Source: a bacterium
GTDB lineage: Bacteria; SZUA-182; DTGQ01; JAFGSM01
DNA: 64,000 nucleotides
Direction: 5' to 3'
Assembly: GCA_049472315.1 (NCBI GenBank)
Contig: JBLIRN010000014.1
Span: forward strand, 1-64,000
Of the stretch, positions 18,267 to 26,038 are shown piece after piece (position 1 is the first letter of the stretch; each line of letters starts with the position of its first letter). The position numbers and the translations under genes were made by a program. The notes beneath the pieces were generated by a model. The model searched no databases. It saw nothing but the letters and a program-made list of their open reading frames with translations, and was not told the origin of the DNA.

Positions 18267-20102
18267 TCACCGCACCCAGAACCCGTACCCGTTGAGCAAT
18301 GAGAGTGCATAGGCTAAGGGAAAAAGCTGATACGGGGAAATGGGAGATGACCACCGCGACTGCGATGCGTAGGGAGAAGCCGTTGAGGCTATGGAGGACT
18401 CAACCTGGTATCCCCCTGCATTTGCCTGTGCATACCCCCAGCCTGAGAACGCCTGCTGCCCGATAGTGGAAAGGCCCTGCGCAGCAAACATCGGGGTCAA
18501 TCCATAGGACGGCACAAACGAATTAGCCCCTGCTACGGATGGATAGAACAATGACCTCCCGTTTGTGGCGAGGTATCCCTGGACGGTGGAGAACGACTGC
18601 TGAGAGACAGAGGGCTGAAATGCCTGGATGCCCGCTTGCACGGCGGAGAGAAATCCTGCATTGCTTTGATATATTCGGTCTTCAGGGACATTCACGCCCA
18701 CGGGAAGGGATGAGCCCTGATAGACGGCTGAAGGCACGATTCGGGACGTGACCGGCTGGAACCCGGTCCGGGTGCCGAAGATGCTTGCCGTGGCATATGT
18801 GCCGGCAGCCTGCGTCGCTGCGAGGGGATTGACCAGCCCCCACCCGTACCATTGATCCCATCCCGGGTCGCCAAGGTCGCTTGCGGTGGTGCAGAGGATG
18901 TCCCGCACCTCTGACGGGGTAAGGGGCCGTGCCGAACGGGCAAGCATCAGCGCAGCCACACCGGACACGAATGCACAGGAGCATGAGGTGCCCTCGGCAA
19001 AATAGAAGTCGAAATCCTTGACATCGATCCCGGTATGGGTCTGCTGATAGATGCCGTCAGGATACCCATCGCCGTTCACGTCCTCGTCCAGGTCACCACC
19101 CGGTGCACAGATGTCCACATCAGGCCCATAGTTGGAATAGGAATCGGCAAAGGAATGATCGAACCGGGTCGCGCTGACAGAGATGGCTGCGTCGTATGAT
19201 GAGGGATAATGGGGCTCGCTGGTCGATTCGTTGCCCGCCGAGCATATAACCACCACTCCTTGGGATACCGCGAAATTGATCGCCTCCTCCTCGCTCGATG
19301 AGGGGCTGGTGACAAATCCGTAGCTCATGTTGATGACCCTGGCGCCGTTATTGACTGCAAAATATATGGCATCCACGATATCCGCCACCGTCCCCGAACC
19401 CGTATGGTCGAGCACCTTGACCGGCATGAGAATGCACTCGGGGGCCACCCCGGCGCCCCCGATGAGATTGTTGGTACTCTGGGCGATGATGCCTGCGATA
19501 TGCGTACCATGACGATTGTCGTCGTCAGGATAGGCATCGTCGTTCACGAAGTCGTATCCCGGCATGAAACTCGTCTCCGCCAGATCGGGGGCAAGGGCGA
19601 ACCCGCCGCCGTTTCGATAGGCGACCCCGGTATCAAACACGGCAACCACCACGTTGGTTCCCAGGGATTGATCCCATGTCTGCTGGAGCATGGGATTATA
19701 GAGATGCCACTGAAGCTTGTACAGCGGATCATTGGGGATAAAATTCACCCTTCTCACATAGTTCGGCTCTGCCAAGGCTACCAGGGGATTCTGATTCAGA
19801 TTTGCGGAAACGGCATACACGTTGGAATTCGAAGGAACCCTCACCCTTCTCAACCCGCTGTAGGCACTGTATCCGACCTCGTTCAATCCCAGGTTGACAT
19901 ACGTGTTATTGATATCATTTGTGGATGCCTCGGAATGGTAACGAACCAGGACCTCCTGGGAGAAGTAGCCCTGGGTTTGCCTCCCTCCCCCCATTCCCCA
20001 GCCCCAGGAAGGAATCGAAGAAACATGGAAAAGAATGAAAAGACAACAAATCGTTATACAGCCTATCAACACACAAGCCCTGAACCGGCACCAGTACGCC
20101 AT
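18267..20102 (-). CDS. Secreted S8 (subtilisin-like) serine protease with prodomain and a low-complexity C-terminal tail
   Basis: VAVFDTG (Asp), HGTHIAG (His), SAGNE (oxyanion Asn), EGTSCSC (Ser); AEPNY..PNDP prodomain junction; S/A/Q/G/Y/F-rich tail of about 170 aa. Confidence 0.9.
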   Translation of the reverse strand: MAYWCRFRACVLIGCITICCLFILFHVSSIPSWGWGMGGGRQTQGYFSQEVLVRYHSEASTNDINNTYVNLGLNEVGYSAYSGLRRVRVPSNSNVYAVSANLNQNPLVALAEPNYVRRVNFIPNDPLYKLQWHLYNPMLQQTWDQSLGTNVVVAVFDTGVAYRNGGGFALAPDLAETSFMPGYDFVNDDAYPDDDNRHGTHIAGIIAQSTNNLIGGAGVAPECILMPVKVLDHTGSGTVADIVDAIYFAVNNGARVINMSYGFVTSPSSSEEEAINFAVSQGVVVICSAGNESTSEPHYPSSYDAAISVSATRFDHSFADSYSNYGPDVDICAPGGDLDEDVNGDGYPDGIYQQTHTGIDVKDFDFYFAEGTSCSCAFVSGVAALMLARSARPLTPSEVRDILCTTASDLGDPGWDQWYGWGLVNPLAATQAAGTYATASIFGTRTGFQPVTSRIVPSAVYQGSSLPVGVNVPEDRIYQSNAGFLSAVQAGIQAFQPSVSQQSFSTVQGYLATNGRSLFYPSVAGANSFVPSYGLTPMFAAQGLSTIGQQAFSGWGYAQANAGGYQVESSIASTASPYASQSRWSSPISPYQLFPLAYALSLLNGYGFWVR

Positions 20103-20366
20103 AACTCCCCCCCAATTTTAACGTAATATCCAGTACATCCCTTATCCGGGAATAAAATGCAGAATCCATTGAAGCAAGATATATACCAGTGGGGCTGAAA
20201 GGGAATTGATCGAAGCATCATGGGTATGTGCCCGAAAAAAAAGGGGTTGATGGAGGCTTGAGGGGTCAAAGCAATCGGATGGGGCTAAGGAATGTGAATC
20301 ATAATGCTATCTATGAAATTCTTTGCCTAATAGCAGCTTTTATGCATTAAATTGCACAAACACACC

Positions 20367-21740
20367 TTAGAATTGGTAACTCGCCCTGAAGACCAGTGCG
20401 GTTTCATGGAGAAACCGTGCCTCCGCCTGAAGGTGAAGGATATTCATGAACGGATAGCTGGCTCCCAGGAAAACACCCACGGGATTCGCCTCGCTGTAGT
20501 CATTCTCCAGGCGCGAGCCCACAAGGTCCAACTCGAAGGTGGCGTCAACCTGCGTAAAGGATAGTCCGCCATAGGGAACCAGTTTCGGGTATCCGAGATA
20601 CCGTGCCGCGAGGGAGAGGTTCAGCTCCGTCCAATCAGCGGTGGCCTGTACCCCGTTTTGATATTCATCCTTGTTGGAGCCCATCAGGAAGGAGAGGCTG
20701 GCATCGAACAAAAGATCCCGTTCATCCCAACGATGGATCATCGCATTGACCCCGGCGCCATAGGCAAAACCGAGTACTCGTTTGAAATCGACACTGACGG
20801 CGCCGAAGTTGATGGTATCATCGAACCCCAGGTCGGTCACACCCAGATCCAGAAAGAGGCGGAACCTCTCTCCGGGGGTATATCCCAGTCTGAATATGGC
20901 CCTCTTGTACTGAGAGCCTATATCTACCGTTCCGCTCGGTATATCCATCTCCACGTCGCGGGCAAGTCCGGCCGCGGCGTCCAGTTCCAGGGAGAGTTTC
21001 TCCTTGATCCCTTTTCCCGCCACTGTAGGCCGCTCGGGCGCGGGTGCGGGGGTAACCTTCACCAGGCGTTCCATGTTTTCTCTGGCCATGGGGTAATCGG
21101 GTCTCACGGCCAGGGCCTTTTTGTACATGGCCACTGCGGTATCGACATCCCCTGTCTCCTCCGCCAGGTATCCGAGATTATTGTAGGCCTCGGCCATTGT
21201 CTGGTCCAATTCCAGGGCCCTCAGGTATTCCTTCCTGGCCTCCTCCATACGGGACAGCTTCATGAGACTGAGTCCCATGTTGAAATGTACGGCGGCATCA
21301 TCGATGCCGTGGCGCATGGCCAGCCTGTATTCCTGAAGCGCCTTGTCCGGCTGGCCGGATCGGTCGTAGACGACCCCCAGGTTGAAATGCGCCTCTCCGA
21401 AGTCGGGTTTCAGTTGAATCGCCTTTACATACGCATTCACGGCCTCCTGGTACATTCCCAACTCATACGAGGCCAATCCCAGATTATAATGGGCTTGCGG
21501 AGAATCGGGATCAGCGGTCACGTTGGCCTTGAACTCATTCAGCGCCCCCTTGAAATCACCGGCCAGAAAGAGACGCTCCCCTTTATTCATCCGCTCCGTA
21601 TCGGTTTTCTGGACATCCGATGACCCCTTTTCGCCGAATGGACGTTTGAGTAATGACGAGGTCTTCTGCATCATTCCGCCGCAACCGAGCACGAATCCCA
21701 GACAGATAACGATAAAACCCTTCGCAAGCCGGTTCATCAT
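20367..21740 (-). CDS. Lipoprotein with TPR repeats fused to a C-terminal beta-barrel-like domain
   Basis: Lipobox-like VLG|C; TPR motifs AHYNLG, AHFNLG, VHFNMG, AYNNLG; Pro-rich linker; amphipathic strands (LVPYGGLSF) ending in RASYQF. Confidence 0.8.
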   Translation of the reverse strand: MMNRLAKGFIVICLGFVLGCGGMMQKTSSLLKRPFGEKGSSDVQKTDTERMNKGERLFLAGDFKGALNEFKANVTADPDSPQAHYNLGLASYELGMYQEAVNAYVKAIQLKPDFGEAHFNLGVVYDRSGQPDKALQEYRLAMRHGIDDAAVHFNMGLSLMKLSRMEEARKEYLRALELDQTMAEAYNNLGYLAEETGDVDTAVAMYKKALAVRPDYPMARENMERLVKVTPAPAPERPTVAGKGIKEKLSLELDAAAGLARDVEMDIPSGTVDIGSQYKRAIFRLGYTPGERFRLFLDLGVTDLGFDDTINFGAVSVDFKRVLGFAYGAGVNAMIHRWDERDLLFDASLSFLMGSNKDEYQNGVQATADWTELNLSLAARYLGYPKLVPYGGLSFTQVDATFELDLVGSRLENDYSEANPVGVFLGASYPFMNILHLQAEARFLHETALVFRASYQF

Positions 21741-21904
21741 AGTTTCCTCCTGATGGCGATGTGGATGAATTAAATCCTCATAATTTATCTGTGTAATTTT
21801 ATTATCAATATTCTATTTTATCAAGCCCGTGTAATGCGCATCATGCAAGAATCGTGTCACATAATCAACATTGTCAAAGGATTCGGTCAATCGAGCGCTG
21901 TAGC

Positions 21905-22064
21905 CGTATGCCCGGCTCCTTCCTTTGTGCGCGACTGTGCGTGAGCGCAAGGCCGGGGGCACAGGCATGAGGTGAGGTTGCATTGCAAATCTGGTTGTTA
22001 GATATAAGGGCACCATAGAACTTCGCTTCGCTCCGCCTGGCACGCGTGGTTTCCCCTTCCCGCA
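21905..22064 (-). repeat. Degenerate or partial third member of the palindromic repeat family
   Basis: Minus strand TGCGGGAAGGGGAAACC...GGCGGAGCGAAGCGAAGTTCTAT resembles the end (TGCGGGAAAGGGGGATGC) and the inserted arm (GCGGAGCGAGGCGAAGCTACTAT) of the 34570 copy. Boundaries uncertain. Confidence 0.4.
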
Positions 22065-22223
22065 ATGGTTAATAATTACTGGATACATCAAGTTACAGTT
22101 GTTATACTATAAAATAGTGAAGTATCAATTCACGGCACATAACGATTGATCGTCATGTGCGTCAATTAAACGTGTTGATGTATTCCCGAAAACGACATCT
22201 ATTCAGTCCGGAAGGAGTCAGTC

Positions 22224-23339
22224 ATGAGCAGGTACAAGATTGCAGCCATATTCATACTCGTCGTCATCATGTCCCTTTTTTCAGTCCGGGTCTTTGCGGC
22301 AATTGACCCAGGCGGCTTTTACTATGACAAGGAAGTGACCCTGTTCAACGGGGGCACCGCCAGGCTTTACTTCCCCCAGGCAACCGGCGACCACGGGGAG
22401 GGCAACCATCACCTCATGTCGAACCCGAACGATCCCGGTTCGCTGTTTGACGAATTCTTTGCCAATGCCCAATCCGGCAAGTTTTTCCTCATGTACGACG
22501 GGAACGATGTGGTGGATGACGAGATATTGATGATCGCCCTGGGTGAGCAATTTGACAACTATTTCTTTATGGCCCTTCAATGGCAAATAAACGACGGGCC
22601 CTTGTCCCAGAATATCTCCATCGAGAGCGCCGATTTCAACAGCAATGAATACGGCTACTATCCACAATGGTGGAAGGTGGCCCGATCGGGAAAGCCACTC
22701 ATTTACAGTGGATCGGACGAAGACGCCTACTACGTCATCTACGTCCCGCTCGAATTTGACGGCCAGTCAATGGCAAAGGGGGATGTCCTGTCAATCACCT
22801 ACGCACTCACCCAATTTGATGCCCCTCAGGCCAGGATTGTCTTCAATGTTTACGGCTCAAGCGATACAGAGTATTTTTACCAGTGGACCAACGCAAACGA
22901 CAACACCTTCGGAATAAACTCCCTCTATTCCTCGTCTCAACAGAACCAGCCCTCGATTTACCCGTATCTTTTCGGCGGGATGGGCTACGGCGGATACTAT
23001 GGGGGATACTGGCCGGGGATGGGTTCGTTTGGGGGATCATACGGAGGATGGGGCTTCTCCTCTCCTACGGGTTCCTACTACGGGTATGGATACGGCATCC
23101 CATATTCCTTCTATGGCTCCTCCTTTGGCGGCGGGTATGGGTATTCACCCTATGGAGGCGGTTTCGGCGGCTTATACGGGGGGTTTGGCTATCCTTACAG
23201 CAACTTCTATTCCGGCTGGTCCTACCGGCCGTACTCGTTCGGATACGGGAGTGGTTACGGATGGTCACCCTATACCATGGGATGGGGTTCCTTGGGTGGA
23301 TATTATTCGAATTACTACGGCGGGTACAGCGGTTTCTGA
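22224..23339 (+). CDS. Secreted protein: globular beta-rich domain plus a Gly/Tyr/Ser-rich C-terminal tail of about 125 aa
   Basis: AAGGAG RBS; signal peptide ending VFA; tail GGMGYGGYYGGYW...YYGGYSGF. Confidence 0.85.
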   Translation: MSRYKIAAIFILVVIMSLFSVRVFAAIDPGGFYYDKEVTLFNGGTARLYFPQATGDHGEGNHHLMSNPNDPGSLFDEFFANAQSGKFFLMYDGNDVVDDEILMIALGEQFDNYFFMALQWQINDGPLSQNISIESADFNSNEYGYYPQWWKVARSGKPLIYSGSDEDAYYVIYVPLEFDGQSMAKGDVLSITYALTQFDAPQARIVFNVYGSSDTEYFYQWTNANDNTFGINSLYSSSQQNQPSIYPYLFGGMGYGGYYGGYWPGMGSFGGSYGGWGFSSPTGSYYGYGYGIPYSFYGSSFGGGYGYSPYGGGFGGLYGGFGYPYSNFYSGWSYRPYSFGYGSGYGWSPYTMGWGSLGGYYSNYYGGYSGF

Positions 23340-23411
23340 TCCTCCCTATAGGGATGGGATGTGGCGGATGTGCGGGTGCAACGACCGATCACGCGGCAGT
23401 TAGGATGGAGG

Positions 23412-23819
23412 CTATGAGGGTCGTACATTGAGCAGCCGGTTTACCTCCCCGATAAAGGCGCTCGCTTCAAACGGTTTGGTGACAAAGGCGTTTGCGCCCA
23501 GTTCCTTGAGCTGATACGAGTATTTTCTCTTGGTGTACACCGCCGTTATGATCAGGATGGGGATATTCTTCAATGCATCCATCTTCCGAATCTCGCTGCA
23601 TACATCGAATCCATGCCTTCCGGGAAGCAGAAGATCCAGGACGACGAGGTCCACATTTTTTGACTTCAGGATGCTGATCGCCTCATCCCCCTTACATGCA
23701 TGGAGTGTGGAATAGTTCGACTGTTTCAGGATCTCCTCGATAAACTCCCTCACCAGGGGATCGTCGTCCACGATCAATACGGTGTACGCTCGACTGGATT
23801 GTTTGGTGTCAGATTTCAT
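23412..23819 (-). CDS. Single-domain response regulator (receiver)
   Basis: LIVDDD, VVLDLLLP, IITA, FVTKPF. Confidence 0.9.
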   Translation of the reverse strand: MKSDTKQSSRAYTVLIVDDDPLVREFIEEILKQSNYSTLHACKGDEAISILKSKNVDLVVLDLLLPGRHGFDVCSEIRKMDALKNIPILIITAVYTKRKYSYQLKELGANAFVTKPFEASAFIGEVNRLLNVRPS

Positions 23820-23910
23820 GGCTGTTGATCACTCCCGCAAAGATTAGGCGTTGCATTGTATGTGACATCATCTCTGGGCAAAAGCCCTGACTCAGCACAT
23901 CCACACGTGC

Positions 23911-25032
23911 TCATCCGGAGGCATGAACCACGCTGCGGCCGGCCGGCTTCAGTACCTCGTAGCATTTGACCGGCTCGGTTTTATTCTTTGCAATGATCTC
24001 CCCCTTTTTCTGCAAAGGGAAGAGATCCTTTACCTGCCGGTATGTTTGTTCGCCGATCACGATTTCCCCTCCCTTTGCCATCTGCTCAAATCGCGCAGCA
24101 ACGTTCACACAGTCGCCGATGACCGTATAGTCGATCCTATTGACCGATCCCACATTTCCGGCGATGGCGATCCCGGTGTTGATGCCGATTCCGATCTCAA
24201 ATGTCTCCTTTTGTTCCTTTGTGCGCTCCTTCATCAATCGCTCCGTGGCCTCCTGCATTTCTATGGCGGCCTGTATGGCATCGGCGGCCGGCGCATTCTC
24301 CGAGGGGATAAATCCAAACAAGGCCATGAGGTTGTCCCCGATGAATTTATCCAGCACCCCGTTATTCTTGAAGATGATATCCACCATGTCGCTGAAGAAC
24401 TGATTCAACATGGCCACCACCTCCTCGGCGTCCATCCGCTCGGTAATGGTGGTAAAGGATCGTATGTCGGCAAAGAGAATGGTCACCTCTTTGCGTTCAT
24501 TTTCAAAGAGCGCACCGCTTTCCGGATTCATGAGCTTTTCAACGAGATCTTCCCGCACGTACCTGCTCAAGGTAGTGCGCAGTTCCACCTCCTTTTGGTT
24601 GAGCTCAAACGCCTCGGTAAGGTCCTTGGCGTAGGTCATGAGTTGTATGCCCTGCTCCTTCAAATTCTTCAAAAGGACATTGAAATTCTGCGCGATGTCG
24701 TTCAATTCCTCGTCCGCCTTGATCTTGATCGATTCGACCTTTTCCCAGGATCGAATAATTCCTGTGGCCTTGGCAAGCTGAGCAAGCTGTTCCGCCGATC
24801 TCCTCAGGAGCACAAATCCAAGGAGGATTGAGAAGGCCGCAAGTGCCAGGAAGATGATGGTGATATCGAAGGTTTTTATATTTTTTTGGAAAAGGAGATA
24901 GATGATCAGCACAAAGGGAATGATACCCATCAGGGCGAAGATGATCCGTGACTTGACATGAAAGCTTCTGAAATTAAGATAGCATGATCCGCACAGGTGA
25001 CTCAGAATCGCTGTCAATTTGTTTTGATTCAT
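23911..25032 (-). CDS. Membrane-bound class III adenylate cyclase (2 TM, HAMP-like linker)
   Basis: LFADIRSFT, LDKFIGD, GIGINTG, IDYTVIGDCVNVAARFE; the Lys and Asp at the substrate-specifying positions indicate ATP. Confidence 0.88.
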   Translation of the reverse strand: MNQNKLTAILSHLCGSCYLNFRSFHVKSRIIFALMGIIPFVLIIYLLFQKNIKTFDITIIFLALAAFSILLGFVLLRRSAEQLAQLAKATGIIRSWEKVESIKIKADEELNDIAQNFNVLLKNLKEQGIQLMTYAKDLTEAFELNQKEVELRTTLSRYVREDLVEKLMNPESGALFENERKEVTILFADIRSFTTITERMDAEEVVAMLNQFFSDMVDIIFKNNGVLDKFIGDNLMALFGFIPSENAPAADAIQAAIEMQEATERLMKERTKEQKETFEIGIGINTGIAIAGNVGSVNRIDYTVIGDCVNVAARFEQMAKGGEIVIGEQTYRQVKDLFPLQKKGEIIAKNKTEPVKCYEVLKPAGRSVVHASG

Positions 25033-25490
25033 GCATGCTCCTTTTGTTTCGTGTCGACACGCTCGAAATTCAGGAGACTGTCAAACTGCACCGCCACCTC
25101 CGTCTCGCCGTGGCCTGCGCCATCGGATATATCGGAATCCTTATAGATCCGCACGACCCGAGCCCGCGCCTTCATCCGGGCATGTACACTGCCGGCGCCG
25201 GGAAGATAAAAGGTCATCTCCAGTTCCTGTCCGAGGAAGTAACGATCCGTCCTCTTGGTAGCAAAGCAGGCCCCTCCTCCTGAGATGTCCTTGGAAACCG
25301 TCTTTTCATACCACTCCTTTCCCTCACTGTCCTCGGTGGCTATCTCAGTCAGGAACTCTATGTTGAACCGCTTGAACTCCCGTCGTTCTCCCGCGCTCCC
25401 CATCTTCTTCACCGCCATGTGCGTGCGTGCATCCTGTTTCACCGGTGTGTGTTCCATGACGCCCGCCTCATTGACATGGGCGCCTCCCAT
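25029..25490 (-). CDS. PilZ-domain protein (c-di-GMP receptor)
   Basis: ERREFKR (RxxxR) and DISGGG (DxSxxG); ATGA overlap with the cyclase gene. True start may be downstream (25457/25418). Confidence 0.85.
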   Translation of the reverse strand: MGGAHVNEAGVMEHTPVKQDARTHMAVKKMGSAGERREFKRFNIEFLTEIATEDSEGKEWYEKTVSKDISGGGACFATKRTDRYFLGQELEMTFYLPGAGSVHARMKARARVVRIYKDSDISDGAGHGETEVAVQFDSLLNFERVDTKQKEHA

Positions 25491-25541
25491 GCCATAAGGG
25501 CCGGCGCTTTTTCCCTGCCCTCAGACTCATCGTTGACGATA

Positions 25542-26021
25542 TCATTTCGGCCTTTCGGGTTGTTGCTTGATGATCATTGTTCCCTCTTTTGTCCACTTCA
25601 TCTGCGGTTGATTCTTGAATGTGATCATGCCTTCATCGGATGTTTCCAGGTAAAAGGGGAACGTACACTCCTGCTTGTTCATGTTTTCATAGCATACGGT
25701 ATACAGCACCTTCGTTCCTTCCTTTTCTTTCCCCTTTTCCACCCTTTCCATTTTCTTTTTCACACTGGTGATGAAGTTGACCTCGATATGCTTGAGCAAA
25801 AAGGCATCCAGGACCTCAAGGTTGTATCCGCTGGCAAAGATAATGAGGTCCTTTGTCAGGCCCAGGGAGCAGTCCTTGTAGGTTGCATGGCTTGTCTTCC
25901 AGACACCCTCGAGTCCGTCCTTGACAATGAGATCCCTCCCATCCCCGCACCCTGCGATAAGAAGGAGGATAATGAACAGCAATATCACTGACTCTATTCG
26001 AGAAATTATCTTTTTTTTCAT
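25542..26021 (-). CDS. Putative lipoprotein of unknown function
   Basis: MKKKII...LLLIAG|C lipobox; GAGG RBS; LEGVWKT beta-rich body. Confidence 0.7.
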   Translation of the reverse strand: MKKKIISRIESVILLFIILLLIAGCGDGRDLIVKDGLEGVWKTSHATYKDCSLGLTKDLIIFASGYNLEVLDAFLLKHIEVNFITSVKKKMERVEKGKEKEGTKVLYTVCYENMNKQECTFPFYLETSDEGMITFKNQPQMKWTKEGTMIIKQQPERPK

Positions 26022-26038
26022 TGTCTGCACCTCATTTC

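Noticed and set aside
21844..21859. Sigma-54-like TGACACGATTCTTGCA on the minus strand upstream of the TPR gene
   Set aside because: The invariant GG at -24 reads GA.
22950..23339. Possible tandem repeat, CRISPR or DGR variable region in the Gly/Tyr tail
   Set aside because: No fixed-length DNA repeat, spacers, template repeat or reverse transcriptase; the low complexity is at protein level.
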